Positions 28,436-42,655 of a DNA stretch of 64,000 nt are shown here, piece by piece; position 1 is the first letter of the stretch, and the number at the start of each line of letters is the position of its first letter. Location: the NCBI GenBank assembly GCA_964016885.1, contig OZ024747.1, positions 47,368,001 through 47,432,000 on the forward strand, given 5' to 3'. The notes under the pieces are model-generated. The model searched no databases. It worked only from the letters and a program-made list of their open reading frames with translations, and was not told the origin of the DNA. The DNA is from Eledone cirrhosa (taxonomy: Eukaryota). The translations under genes and the position numbers were made by a program.

Positions 28436-28797
28436 TTTGAAAAGGAAAATCAGGGTAGAGAGGGAAGTGCTCTCTTCCCAGCATTTTGTTGAGAGATGGG
28501 TGAGAGAGGCAAGAATGGCCCGAGTGAATGGACCTACTCTGAGTATGTGCCTGTAAATTGTAGGTGGAAAACTGGGAGAGGCACTTGCCCTGGTGGTCAG
28601 GGTTACCCTGGTTTTTTTAATGGCCTTTTCCATGAATGTCCCTTGGAAGTCTCCCCCTATTGGGGAATGTTTCATTGTTTCTTTTTTGTTTCATCGTCTG
28701 TTTTTGTTTTTTTACACGCAGAAATGCCTATTTGTACCGTCCTATTATGTCCTGTATTTTCCTGTATTGTCCTTAATGTCTTACTTTGTGTAAACTC
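28436..28797 (+). mobile_element. 3' fragment of the Tx1/L1-like LINE
   Basis: LKRKIRVEREVLSSQHFVERWVREARMARVNGP plus pyrimidine-rich 3' UTR, cut off by a SINE. Confidence 0.7.
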
Positions 28798-28800
28798 TTG

Positions 28801-29006
28801 TGGTGACTTGGCAGTATCGGTAGAGGGTCTGACGCCATGCTTTCCAGCATAGAGTTACGGCCCTTTCCATTCTGAGTTCAAATCCCGCCGAGGTTAACTT
28901 TGCTTTTCATCCTTACGGGGTCGATAAAATAAAGTACCAGTAATACACTGAGATAATTGCTGGCCTTGTGCCAAAAGTAGAAACAATTATTATTATTATT
29001 ATTATT
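28801..29006 (+). mobile_element. Nin-like SINE with extended (TTA)n tail
   Basis: Family motifs. Confidence 0.88.
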
Positions 29007-29411
29007 GTTCTTTGAGTCTCAGTCATTGATGTTATTTAACTGGAAAGTTTGTTGAAATGAATATCAAGCCACTACCTGCAGCCTCAGATATTCAGGACGT
29101 ATCGGAGGGTTCTTGCTGTTCCCAGCAAGCATGCCTTTTGAAGCGTTCCAAAAAGCGTGACGGGGCCAATTTTCTTTAACCATCCCTGAAAACTTTTTGA
29201 GATAGTACCTAGTGCGCCTATGACAATCGGGACCACTTTGACTTCATGGCAGTTCCAAATCCTTTTTACCTCCCACTTTAAGTCCTGGTATCGGTTAATT
29301 TTCTCCCTCTCCTTCTCTTACACTCTCGTGTCAAATGGGCAGGCCACATCCACAATCAGGCACGATCTTTTTTCCTTGTCCAAAACCACCAGGTCAGGTC
29401 TATTGTGTTCC
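29007..29411 (-). mobile_element. 5'-truncated R4/Dong-type 3' end (RLE domain)
   Basis: Minus strand HNRPDLVVLDK...IVDVACPFD...KINRYQDLKWEVKRIW...LQKACLLGTARTLRYVLNI; (TAA)n at both ends. Confidence 0.8.
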
Positions 29412-29443
<32 letters not shown>

Positions 29444-29444
<1 letters not shown>

Positions 29445-32400
29445 AGCTGCATTTATCTTGCTTTATGTTCATACGAGTTATCACCAAGTCACAACCAGTG
29501 ATCTCAAGAGACAACAAGGTCCGCCATGTTCAAGAAAGAACATACTCACACATGCATCTTTAGGTGTTTAGACTTGTGATGTACTTATATTGACAGAATC
29601 TTCCTTAGTATATGGGCAGTTCCCATTAGTACTATCTTTTGTATTTCTCCTATACGCGGGTTTCCTGGGATTTGCGATAAGTAATCATTAGACCCCTTAG
29701 GTATCATTCCTAGAGCGCCTACAACCACTGGTATTGTTTTAGTTCTCAATTTCCACATTTTTCCAATTTCTATCTCCAGGTCCTTATACTTGCTCAATTT
29801 TTCAAATGTTTTTATAGATACATTCTTGTCTATTGGAACGGACATATCAATTAGCAGGCATACCCTCTTTTTAAAGTCCTTCAATATTATATCAGGTCTA
29901 TTTGCATCTATTTTTCGGTCTGTTTGGATGCTAAAGTTCCACAAGATTGCGATGTGATCTTTTTCAAGTATGGGAGGTGGTTGATGCTCCCACCAATTCT
30001 TTTGGTGGGGCAGGTCAAAATGCTTACACATTATCCAATGTATGTATTGTGCAGCTCTGTCATGCCTGTTTAGGTATTCGGTTGGAGCTATAGGACTGCA
30101 CATTGAAATTATATGGTCAATGGTCTCTGGTTATTTTTTACATACACGGTACAATGGGCTGCATCCATTTTTTATTATGTTGGCTTGGTAATTTTTTGTT
30201 GGCAGATACTGATCTTGTGCTGATATAATCAGTCCTTCAGTCTCCGATTTCAGTCCATAGGATGCCAACCACTGATGGGTTAAAGTTTTGTCAACGTCAG
30301 GATTGTTAGCTCGTTCTGGGTATTTTCCATACAGAGGCTTTTCTTGCCATTTCTTAGCCAGTTTCTGTAGCAGCTCTTTCTTTGCAGTTACTTTTACCTG
30401 CTTTGCTTTTCCTGTGTTTTCCATTTCAGCAGTAAATGGGACTTCTGAAATTTGTAGTCCATTACTGTATCTTTGTGCATCTTTTGTAATGGAGTATGAT
30501 CTTTTGATGCTTTCGTGTTTCAAAACGAGTTTGATCATCCAATCATGTGATTCCCTTAGATATGTAGATAATCCAATTGTTGCAGTTTTCAACGCAATGT
30601 CTAACTGGATTAACCCACGTCCTCCTTCTTTCCTAGGGAGATATATTCTATCTGTATCTGCCTTAGGGTGATGCATTCTGTGCATGGTTAAGAATTATCG
30701 AATTTTTGTATCGAGCCTACGGATCTCTGTGCTTGACCAGTTGATGACATTGTAACTGTAAGTTACTACTGGTATGGCAAGCGTGTTTATGGCATCGATC
30801 CTATTCCTTGCATTCAATTCCGTTCTTAAGATTGCTCTTACTCTGCGGTAACATTCCTTCCTTATCCTTTCCCTCATTGTCGAGTGCTTGATTCCGTCTC
30901 CTTCACAAACACCTAGATATTTGTAAGTTTCCTCTTGATCAAGTTCTCTTATCACATTCCCCCGATCAAGATTAATGTCTGAACTCTTCAGCAGCTTTCC
31001 TCTGGTGAACGTTGCTTTGGCGCATTTATCTAGTCCAAACTCCATTTTAATGTCATCACTGAACTGCTTCACAGTGGATAATAGCCCTTGCAATTGTTCA
31101 TCATTTTTTACAAATAGTTTCAGGTCATCCATGTAGAACAAGTGATTAATGGTTTTGTCATAGACTTTATATCCATGCTTTGTTTCATTGAGCATTTTAC
31201 TTAATGGTATAAGTGCGATGCAGAATAAAAGCGGTGATAAAGAGTCACCCTGAAAAATTCCACAATTAATATTAACTTCTCCAGCTTCCAGTGATTTTGT
31301 TTCACTATTCAAAAGGAGTGTCGTTTTCCATGTCTTCATACTGAATGACAAAAACCTCCTGACAACGGGAGATATTTTGAAAATCTCTAAACATTTTTCA
31401 ATCCAACTGTGTGGCAAACTATCGAATGCTTTTTTATAATCTATCCAAGCAATTGATAGATTTGTGTGTCTATTATGACAATCTTCCAGTATCATTTTGT
31501 TAACCAAAAGCTGATCCTTACAGCCATATGAGCCTCGTTTACACCCTTTCTGCTCATTGGGAAATAGATCATTTGTTATCAGGTGGTCATATGTATATTC
31601 AGTTAGGACTGATGTTAAAATTTTATACATTGTGGTCAAGCAAGTTATCGGTCTGTAATTTTTGGGATTGTTTGTCTCATCATTCTTCGGAAGCAGGAAT
31701 GTAATGCCGTTAACTAGCCATGATGGTATCTTTTCTGGCTCCTTAACTATTTCATTGTAAAGTTGGGCTAACAGCTCATGAGACTCTGTGAAGGCATTTA
31801 TCCAAAAATTTTGTATTTTGTCTTTTCCTGGGGATTTCCATTTGCTGGTTTTTCTTAGAGCCAAACGCAACTGTTCAACTGTTATATTTTCCCATATTTG
31901 TTCCTCAAGGTGAGTTGTATCTTTCATTTGTCTGTCTATCCATGGGGCATGTATATTATGAATTTTTTCTTCGGCCCAGATCTTTTCCCAGAATTCTTGC
32001 ACTTCCTCCTTGGGTGGTATTGATTTAGCAGTTATTGTTGACTTACCAATTTTTCTGTAGAAGTTTCTTTGGTTGTTTTTGAACATATTATTGTCCTTAT
32101 AGAATCTAGATCGTTTTTCAAAGTGCCTTATACGAGCAGCTTTGGCCGACACTTTTTGCTTGATTATTTCTATCAGCATGTCTATGTCACTTGTTGATTT
32201 TATACTGTACTTTCTTTTCAATTTTCTAAGTTTAGTTTGTTTAACATGTTCACCTACTTTATAGTTTGTTAAAATTTCTATGTCAGATCGGAGAAGGTTT
32301 ATTTGGCGATTGATGTTCTCTTGCCAAGTAGATTTCTTGTGGGAATTCCTTTGTTTTTTCATCTTCACTCCACATAAGTGAGTGGTGACTTTAGCCGATG

Positions 32401-33388
32401 CATAATAGAGATGATTTAAATCAGTAATGTTTAGTTTGTTTGTGATGATAATGTTTTTGAGAATTATGTTAGTCTTATCTGTTGGTTCTGTTTGGAGTTC
32501 TGGATCTTAGGGAGGGTGTCTCGTTCCCCCATGTCAGATTCTTTCATTTTCATCCATTCGATCATAATTTCATCCTTCAAGTTGGCAAGTTCATTCTCAT
32601 TCATTTCTTTATCATTTACGATCTCATTGTTTTCATTTGGAGTTTCATCTTGAGCATGCACTCCCTCCACTTTTTCGATCCTTTCTTTAATTTGTTCTGT
32701 TGTCAGTGATTCCGCCTCAATCCTGGGATTCGAAGTGTTACAATTTACCTCGTTTTCACTGACACATGTTTCATTTTCCCTTCGCTGACTTTGTGCTAAT
32801 AGCTTGATCTGATCAATTTCTATATCAGTTAGTAACTTTTTTTTTACAATATTTCTTCATATATTGGCTAGTTTATTACTGTCAATATAGCCTGTTTTCG
32901 GGATTTTTCTTTTTCCAGTTGATATATGTCTGTTCTGTATTCGATGTATTTGATGGGTAGTACATGGCAATGTAGAAAGCCTCAAGGACTTCTTTATTAT
33001 CTTCCCTTGACCATTTTTCTCTCTTTTTCTTTGGATTTCTTGGTGGTGAGCATGGAGGGCCAACAGTAGGGGTATTCCGGTTATGGGAGGTCTCCAGCTC
33101 CGAAGTGATGGGAAGGTTTGAACCATTAGCTGATTTTTCGACCCCAGTCTGGTTCCTCTCTGAGGGACGCGGCCCTTTTTGACCCGGGTGACGGCCGATC
33201 CGGTATGAGATTTTATCATTAGACATTTACTTTATTTTGTCGCGTTTTATCCTTATCCGCCAAGGGGTAATCATTTCGTGTTACCACTTCTAGGACGAGT
33301 GTCAACCAAGACTAGAGGGGTCGTCCTCCCCTAGAGACACGGCTATTCCCCACTGGCCACCATCCCGGTATTTCTTGGTCATGGGGTT
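29444..33388 (-). mobile_element. Near-full-length R4/Dong-clade non-LTR retrotransposon (Myb-like N-terminus, RT, CCHC finger, RLE), disrupted
   Basis: KWSREDNKEVL; WKSPGKD, NYRPITCL, WIDYKKAFDS, GIFQGDSLSPLLF, HLFYMDDLKL; RVC..ETIDHIISMC...RHD; RPDII...LIDMSVP...KLSKYKDL. Single ORF 33226->29585 broken by in-frame stops at 32857, 30695 and 30131 and frameshifts near 32890 and 32460. The 3' end abuts (TAA)n, the known Dong target. Confidence 0.92.
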
Positions 33389-34218
33389 TTCTTTTTTGTT
33401 GTTTTTTAAATTGTTATCATCATGAGTGGTTCCTTAATGTGAGCATTGCGTGGCTTAAGAATGAAATTATTAATAATATAATATACTTTTTGCTGAAGTT
33501 GCCTGTTATTGTTGTTGGCTATGTCGGTGGTGGTGCTGGGGCTTTTTCTATTGTTGGTGGGGAAGAGGGGAGCCAGCAGTGCCATAGCCGTTGACGTTTG
33601 GCCGGTGGCCGGGTCACTAAGTCAATCTATTTATATCTTTTGCTAGCCTCTCCCTTGTCTAGTGATACCGCCACCTTCCCCTTTCTTAAGTTAACAGAAG
33701 GTAATGGGGGAATAGTGGTGGTAGCAATGAAGGAGTGGTGGCGGCGGTGATGGGATAGTGGTGGCAATGATGGATGGAGTGGTGGCGGCGGTGACTATAG
33801 TGATGGCGTTGTCGTTACTGAGTGTTGTTGAATAGACTGTAGTTTTGTTTGATGTGTATCTATGCGTTTGTCGTGTATGTTTAATATATGTGTTGACATA
33901 TCTTAATATTGGAATTAAACATTTGTTAAAACTTGAGACAATAATAATAGTAATTATTATTATTATGCTGAGATTGGTGGTGGTGGTGGTGAATTGCCGT
34001 TATCTGGCTGTTGTATTTAGTGAACACAGAGGGGTGATGGGGTAGGTGGTGTATCTAGTTTCTGGTGTTGGTGAAATTGCTGTTATTTGGCTGTTCTATA
34101 TAGTGTAGACAGAGGGGGTCTTCTTCCATTTATAACCATTTTCTTTTTTTAATATAAAATGTATAATACAAAATTGAATATTTGAGCGATATAACAATAT
34201 TATTATTATTAATATTAT

Positions 34219-34565
34219 TGTTCTTTGAGTCTCAGTCATTGATGTTATTTAACTGGAAAGTTTGTTGAAATGAATATCAAGCCGCTACCTGCAGCCTCAG
34301 ATATTCAGGACGTATCGGAGGGTTCTTGCTGTACCCAACAAGCATGCCTTTTGAAGTGTTCCAAAAAGCGTGGCTGGACTAATCTTCTTTAACCATCCTT
34401 GGAAACTCTTTGAGATAGTACCTAGTGCGCCTATGACAATCGGGACGACCTTGACTACATGGCAGTTCCAAATCCTTTTTACCTCCCACTTTAAATCCTG
34501 GTATCGGTTAATTTTCTCCCTCTCCTTCTCTTGCACTCTCGTGTCAAATGGACAGGCTTCATCTA
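34219..34565 (-). mobile_element. Second 3' fragment of the same subfamily as 29007-29411
   Basis: ORF 34297..34536; nearly identical 3' UTR; TAA repeats at both ends. Confidence 0.82.
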
Positions 34566-34566
34566 C

Positions 34567-34599
<33 letters not shown>

Positions 34600-34619
34600 C
34601 GTTTTTATTTTCTTTCATT

Positions 34620-35350
34620 ATTGTTTCTGAGAAATATGCCGAGTGTCTTCCTGACACCTAGGGCAAATAAATTCACAGTGTGCATTAGTAAGCCAGTTAA
34701 TACAGCACATTGATTATAATTTTTTAAAAAAACACTATACATATATACACATGTGCATATGCATATGTAAATACAAGGAGGGATATCAATCTTACAGAGA
34801 TAGTGTTCTTCTCAATACGTGTGCAGTACCAGTCAAAACAATTTTTTTGCACCTCGTGCAGAGAGGGTAAACCAGGGATCATTCGCAAATATTGTTCTGT
34901 TCCTTTCTTGATCATTCCCAGTCCTCCCACAATTTCTCAATTTCAATAAGCAGATCTTTATATTTTCGTAGCTTGACAAATTCTTTTGCCGCGATATTGT
35001 GATCACATGGGATGCTCATATCTATCAATAAACAGACCTTGTTATGTTGATCTTTTACAATGATGTCAGGTCTATTTGCTTTTATGGTCCTGTCAGTATG
35101 TACAGGAAAGTCCCAGAGAATTGTTACTTTTTCTCCTTCAGTTACAGCTTCAGGGTGATGATTGTACCACTTGTCGTCAGCTTTGATTTTGTAATGCTGA
35201 CATATTACTCAGTGTAGATATTGGCCAACTCTGTCATGTCTATATCTGTATTCTACTGGTGCTAAAACTTTACATCCAGAGACTAAGTGATCCACTGTTT
35301 CAACATCAGCATTGCAGAATCGGCACTTTGGGTTTATTCCGTTTCTCATC
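34620..35350 (-). mobile_element. 3' fragment of a third R4/Dong subfamily (zinc finger and RLE, frameshifted)
   Basis: Minus strand KCRFCNADVETVDHLVSGC...RHDRVGQYLHW...WDFPVHTDRTIKANRPDIIV...LLIDMSIP...KLRKYKDL. Confidence 0.8.
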
Positions 35351-35516
35351 ACATTCCGTTTCTCATCACCTGGTAATTACGAGTCAATAAGCTTTGATCT
35401 TGGGCAGCTAAGATTAGTATTATTATTAAAGAAATCATTATTATTATCATTATCAATATTTTTTCTTACTTTTACTCCCAATATCATTAGAATCGTCTTA
35501 ATCCTTCCCCTCCGCA

Positions 35517-35722
35517 TCGTATCGTTACAGCGTCGGATATTATGCTTTGCGGCATAGAGTTACGGCCCTTTACATTCTGAGTTCAAATCCCGCCGATGTT
35601 AGTTTTGCTTTTCATCCTTACGAGGTGAATAAAATAAAATACCAGTAACGTACTGGGGTCGATTTAATCGACTTTCCTCCCTTCTCCCAAAATTGTTGGC
35701 CTTGTGCCTAAATCAGAAACCA
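35517..35722 (+). mobile_element. Nin-like SINE, long-tail variant
   Basis: B-box GAGTTCAAATCC, core and tail. Confidence 0.8.
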
Positions 35723-35879
35723 TTTTATTCCTCATTATAATCATCACCATCATCATCATTATCATCATTGAAACTATCATTAACATCATTGTTGGTACGT
35801 TCACATCATCATTCATTATACAAAGATGATACTACAGGTAAAATAACGATCTAAATAAATCTCTAAGATAGCTGGAAGC

Positions 35880-35968
<89 letters not shown>

Positions 35969-35999
35969 CAGATAGATAGATAAATAGATAAAAACATAA

Positions 36000-36069
<70 letters not shown>

Positions 36070-36750
36070 TGATTTATTTGCCACAAGGGCGCACAAGAAA
36101 AGGGGACAATACAAAGACACATGCCGGGATTTTACATACAATCGTGTAAAAATATTGAAACAAACAATTATAACAATCGAAATCCCCAATAGGGGGGAAG
36201 TGCCATAAATGGGTTGTTTAATACCCCGTCGATAGAACAATCCTCAACTTCAAGAGCGCGTTGTGCAAGTGCTCCTTTCTTCCTTTTGCTCTCTTCTTTA
36301 ACCTACAGGCTTATAAACAGAGAAGGCCCAATCACTCGGGCCATTTTCGCTTCATTCACCCACCTTTCAGTAAATTTACTGGGGTGCAGTGCCTCTCTCT
36401 CTCTCCACTCTGATTCTCCTTCTAAAGTGATACTTAAAGAAGGGGATCAATTGTTATCCGGAGAGAAAGGCATCTGTTCTCAGTCCTCTCAATCTCGTCC
36501 ACCATATAACTTCTTTCACCATAGCCACCGTACAGAGCAAAACCGCCTCTCTTTCGTTTTTGAAAGAGGCTGGCGGTTTGATCTTTACTATGGACTCGGC
36601 AGTCAACTGGATTTGTCCCATACGCGACAGAAGTTATTCTGCATAGTTCCACAGGTCGGTTACGCCCGGGAAGTGTACAATTACGTGCAAGACGGTTTCA
36701 ATGTCCTGCTCGTATCTTGGACACGTCCTCTTGGAAGTATCCCTGCCACA
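36070..36750 (-). mobile_element. 5'-truncated Tx1/L1-like 3' end followed by (TATC)n
   Basis: Close copy of 57335-58098; zinc-finger-like CPRYEQDIETVLHVIVH; 3' end GTGGCAAATAAATCAATC(TATC)n. Confidence 0.78.
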
Positions 36751-37173
36751 AGAATATAAGAGTATATATAAAATGTATAAATATATAAAACATAAATATA
36801 CACACCTCAATACATAAACCCAAATATCAATATAAAAGGCATAAGTGCATACATATATGTATACATACCGACATATATACTCAGACATACATACATTCTT
36901 ACATACATACATATATATATACTCATTCAAATATAAATACATAGATACGTAAATACATGCATACATACATGTATACATACATACATATATGTATATATTC
37001 ACATTCCTGATTACACTCATGCACATACATACATGCATGTTTACCTACATACATAACTGCATACCTACATACATACGTCTATATATACATATAGGTATTC
37101 ATATATACATGCATACATACATACATACATATATACATTCATTCATACATACATACATACATACATACATACA

Positions 37174-37204
<31 letters not shown>

Positions 37205-38214
37205 GTATTCATTCATACACGCAAACACGTATGCGTATATATATATATGCATACACACACACGCGTATACATACAAACATATACGTATATAATATATTCA
37301 TACATACACACACACATACGTACACACATACGTTCACACACACAATCGTACACACACACATACGTGTATGCATAGATATATGCATACACACACACACACA
37401 CACGTATACATATATATATAGGCATTCATACAAACACACACATATGTACACACACGCGAGCGCAAATGACAAATTGATATCAAAAATAAATAATATAAGT
37501 AAAAGAGAAGAATTAATATGAAATATTACTTTAAAAGTGATTTTGGTGTAAAATATCTCTGGAATAACAATCTAAGCAATTCTTCCTAATTATATAGATA
37601 TAGATATAAATATAAAATATATTCTCCGAATTCTGTCCTGTCGTGGGGGAAAATTTTCTGATCAAATTGTGAAAAATTGCAAACATTGAACGAATGATGC
37701 CATTATTTTAAATATTAAATAGAATCTTCTCATTTCACCTTTTGTCTGGTCATTATTTAGAATATACTTCATGATCGCCTCTTAATTTTAACTTTATCTC
37801 TATTACCGTTCTAATACTTTAGCTTACTGAATTTCTGATTTTAGGAAATCTACTCAATTTCTTCCGTGTCAGGGAGGAAAATAAAACAAATTTTTTAAAA
37901 AAATAATAATGAATAGTCTGAAAAAAAATCTAAATCTAGTGGTGGTCTGTGTCGGCCTAAATCAGTGAATGAATTTCGTCAATAATACAATATTATGTAT
38001 AAGGGGAAGTGAGTTCTAATATTGTTGGTAGGGCTATAATTCGATTTTTTTAATTTTTTTTATTACTTTATTTTGATGGAAGATAATATTAGAGAAAAGC
38101 AATGAAGAATCACATGATGCTGAATGAAAACAAAAGCAATATATACAAACACACACACACACACCGACCACAACTAAATATGGAATGATACACGTTGCCC
38201 CCCCCCCCCCCCCC

Positions 38215-38480
38215 TGGTGATCAGAATGGAGAAGGCGTTTCCCCGGAGGACAGCAAGGGAGACTCGCTGGAAAAGCCACTCCAACTCGCGGGGCTCATAC
38301 CTGCGTCTGGCCAGTTGAGCGCCTATGGTGGTGAGTAAGGAGGTAGCCCTAGGGCCAAGGACACCAGAAGTCTCTACTGCCAGGGGTACAACCGCAAACC
38401 TGTCGGAGAGCGACCGGTTTTTGAGGAGTTTAGCCTCTTTAGCCCGACAGGCAACAGAACCCGGGTTAATCGCTGATTGC
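38215..38480 (-). mobile_element. CRE-clade-like non-LTR 3' fragment (RLE C-terminus); a second short piece at 38752-38822 on the plus strand
   Basis: VPLAVETSGVLGPRATSLL...WLFQRVSLAVLRGNAFSIL; the plus-strand piece reads KWLFQRISLTILRGNAFSIL. Confidence 0.7.
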
Positions 38481-39053
38481 ACCAGGTTGCGGCTGCAGAA
38501 AGATCGGTGCTTTAATCTCCGAAAGTTTTAAGGATCTCTCTTTCAGTTTAGCGCTCGAAAATGTTTTAGCCGAAATGTGTATGCACTTCTCTCAGTAGAT
38601 ATATACGTGTATAGAAGCAACAATAAACGGTGAATTATTAGAGAGTCGAATAGAATGCATACCCATATTTGTTTTAAATCCCTTCCCCTTGTGCTCAAAT
38701 TACACCCGTGACAACATTATCTTTCATCCTTTTCTTTACGTTTCTTTACGTTTCCCAAATGGCTCTTCCAGCGCATCTCCCTTACCATCCTCAGGGGAAA
38801 CGCCTTCTCCATTCTTGTCCGCCGCCGCTGTGGGGCGGCCAGAAGCACGTGTGACGCCATTTGCTCACTATACAGAGAGATGGGGGGGGGCGATGACTGT
38901 GGGAGTTCGACTCTTCCGTGTTCGGACACATTGCACCTGTCAAGAGTGTATTTTCATACTTGTAACGAACATTGTGAATTCCTATTTATAACCTAACAAA
39001 TTATGTGCCAGGAAAGTTGTCAAACTTCCTCACAAAGTAGCAGTGATGATATA

Positions 39054-39244
39054 CAGTGTCAGATTTACCATTATGCTTAGGTCTGCTTAAGCACAGAGCC
39101 CCGTTGGCTAGGAGGAGGAGAGGGAGGAGGAGGAGGGGGGAGGCATCTTCCTGCCCCAAAAAATGTTTACCTCTTTCAGAGCCCAAGTAAGGGGCCTCAT
39201 TACTTAACTAGCACAGGGCTTCATTTGTCCTAAATCCGGATCTG
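39054..39244. mobile_element. hAT-like MITE
   Basis: Imperfect 14-bp TIRs CAGTGTCAGATTTA / TAAATCCGGATCTG, subterminal AGCACAG(A/G)GC motifs, 8-bp TSD ATGATATA (39046-39053) / ATGAAATA (39245-39252). Confidence 0.6.
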
Positions 39245-39734
39245 ATGAAATAACGCAGCATTACACAGGCACGCATGCGCACGCACGCACACGCGCGGAC
39301 GCGGATAAATGTTATCTCTATAATTAAAATAGAAAATATTATTGACCCGATGCAAATCATCAAACTACTAAATATCTCCAACTGACAACCATGGTAAAAC
39401 TGATCGATTACCTGCAAATCATCGTACTTGAGTTCTCTCCAGAAACCATCCGTACGCGAGTATTGCTACCAGGTATATAGGCTGTATGTATGTCTAGGTG
39501 AGTATGTGTATGGAGAGGAGAAGGAGTTATCTTTCTTTACTAGCCAACAGGGACGTAAGCTCTCATATATATATATAAAATGTGTGTGCGTCTGTGGGAA
39601 TGTCAGTGTGTGTAGGCGTATGTGTGTATATATGTAAATATGAATTGTATGAATGTGTGTTCGATTGTGGGGGTTGGGGTTTCGAATATATTGGTTTGTC
39701 GATTTTTTTAATTTTCTTCTTTTCCCCTAAAAAA

Positions 39735-39924
39735 TAATTGTTTCTACTTTAGGCACAAGGCCAGCAATTACCCAGTGCATTACTGGTACTTTATTTTATC
39801 GACCCCGTAAGGATGAAAGGCAAAGTCAACCTCGGCGGGATTTGAACTCAGATCTTAAAGGGACGTAACTATGCTGGAAAGCATGACGTCCGACCCTCTA
39901 CCGATACTGCCAATCCACCACCCT
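39735..39924 (-). mobile_element. Nin-like SINE, full copy
   Basis: Reverse complement of the family. Confidence 0.9.
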
Positions 39925-40295
39925 AAAAAATAATACAGTAATATAGCAAAGCATATCACACTAACACACAAACACACATTCACACACACACATATGTGTA
40001 TGTATGTATATACATGCATATATATATGTGTGTGTGTGTAGGATGGGTGTGTATGTATATATATATGTATATATATATAGGAACCAGTAAGACCCCGACA
40101 GCTGAGCTCAAGCCGTTTCGACGGCTAATTCTGGACTAAAAAAAAAAAAAAAAAAAAAAGTATTGAGTACTTTGGTGCGTTATGGTCCACCTGGTTCCTT
40201 ACCACATTTCCTTCGTTATGTATATATATATATATATATATATTTATATGCATGTTTATATTTCTATTTATATGTTTATATATATATATTATTAA

Positions 40296-40382
<87 letters not shown>

Positions 40383-40650
40383 CATACACACCTTTTTCAA
40401 AACTGTTAAGTCCGGAAAAAAAAAAGGAAAAAAGAAGGTAGTATATTTATAAGTCAATTAAAGGGTTGTTTTTCATGTTTTAAAATGTTTGACCATCCAA
40501 ATAAGTATTTAAGGCGGTATTTAAGTCTATTACTATTTTATTTTTAATCAGTCGTCTTCTGATTCAGTCGACTGTTGACCCAATAGACACGGTATTAGGT
40601 GTTGATACTTACGGACCGTTGGTTTCCATTTACAACTGGTTAAGCATTAG

Positions 40651-40666
40651 CAAGATGGCGGTAAGT
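40651..40666 (+). promoter_or_regulatory. Candidate end of a first exon: YY1/Kozak-like CAAGATGGCG directly followed by a GTAAGT donor
   Basis: CAAGATGGCG|GTAAGT in non-repetitive sequence; motif evidence only. Confidence 0.35.
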
Positions 40667-40827
40667 TATTGAACGAGTGTCTGTTTGTTAATATTCATTG
40701 GAATCAATCATGTGTGCTGTTTCCTTACAAGAGGAGAAGAATGAAGCCCATAGACCGTTGAAGAAATAATAGATTAGCCAGTAATTATAACTGACCTCAT
40801 TCCTAATGGCAGAACTCAGACAGACAG

Positions 40828-40914
<87 letters not shown>

Positions 40915-41238
40915 CATATACACACACACACGTACGTACGTACCTACATACGTACGTACGTACATACATACATACATACATACATACATACATACATACA
41001 TACATACATACATACATACATACATACATACATACATACATACATACACGCGTACGTACGTATAGATATCTACAGAGAGATAGAGGGAAAGAAAATGAGT
41101 GGATAAGTAAGTAGATAGGAACATTGACAGACACAAGCTCACAGACATACTGATAGATTAATAGATAAATAAGTAGAATTAACAAACATTTAGATGCAGA
41201 CAAATTCACGAGCAATGTGGAACAGGTAAAAGAGTAAA

Positions 41239-41337
<99 letters not shown>

Positions 41338-42069
41338 TAGCTAAATAAAGAGAGAGAGAGAAACCTAAATAAAGAGAGAGTGTGTGAGAGGGAGAGAAAG
41401 ATATCTTAATATTCTTTCTTTCCTTTTGTGTTGCAGTCAATTAATCTATTAATACCTCATTATGTTCTTGTTAATGATAACTCGTTGCAAACAAACCGTT
41501 CCTGATAGAGTCAATAAGATTTTAATCTAGTGCTGGAAATTTGTGTCATTATAGGGTTGTTTTACTGTCGTCTGGGTAGAAGGCCTGATGTAAATGTATA
41601 TGAATAAATAGTAAAAGATATGTACACCACAATGCTGTAAACATTGGGAGAAGCATGTAATGGACAAGTGTTTCATCTGCTATCGCCACTGAATGTTAAA
41701 ACATTTCCACAAACACTCATTTATCATACACGATCGAGTATCGTAAAGTAACATAAGAACACCTGTACAGTTACATGACCTACTAGAAATATCAGCTAAA
41801 TCTTTCCCACATAGCATCCCACTGTCTTAAAAATTTGAGGACATGTTGGCTTTGGCTAGTGTAATCTGTAATAAAATAAAAGACGGAATAATCAGTATGG
41901 AACGTCATTTATCATAGATTTTCTCATGCCTGACTAACCTGGGACTTCACAAACACGCTTTGCATCCGATAAAGACTTATAATATATCATTGATATAGGC
42001 ACTAATGATAAACTTTGGTACCGATTTCACACCGTGTTTGCAACCACACATTTTATCGGCCTAAAAGTC

Positions 42070-42655
42070 AGAGTATTAATTCCCGCCCAGGTTTACTTTG
42101 CCTTTCATCCTTACGGGGTCGATAAAATAAAGTACCAGTAATGCACTGGGTAATTGCTGGCCTTGTGCCAAAAGTAGAAACAATTAATTAATAATAACGA
42201 TTCCTAGTTTAGGCAAAATACTAGCAATTTGTGGGGAGGGGAAAATTGATTATATCGATCCCAATACTTTGTGGATGAAAGGCACAGTCGACTTCGGCGG
42301 GATTTGAGCTCAGAATATAAAGATTCGTAATTAGATGTCTCAAAGTAGTTGGTGCGACACTCTAATGATTCTGCCATTTCACCACCCTAGATGGATTAAT
42401 AAGGATAATAATAATTTCATTTTTAAAGTGCTTAAAGTTCTTCATAATGTATTATTAATTCTGTTATGGTGGTATATGGCAGTATCGGTAGAGCATCAGG
42501 TAAAATACTTTGCGGCATTTAATTACAACTTTCTACGTTCTGAGTTCAAATCCCGCTGAGGTCAACTTTATCTTTTATCCTTCCATGGTTGATAAAATAA
42601 AAGACTGGTCAAGTACTAGCATCGATTTCATCGACTTTCTCTTTCCACTCAAAAT
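42070..42655. mobile_element. Three SINE copies in plus/minus/plus orientation, two of them old
   Basis: About 42070-42190 plus, 42200-42388 minus, 42468-42655 plus. Confidence 0.75.

Noticed and set aside
29007-34565. Direct repeats of about 350 bp flanking the Dong element read as LTRs
   Set aside because: They encode RLE C-termini of a different Dong subfamily, differ in truncation point and are not contiguous with the element's 5' end.
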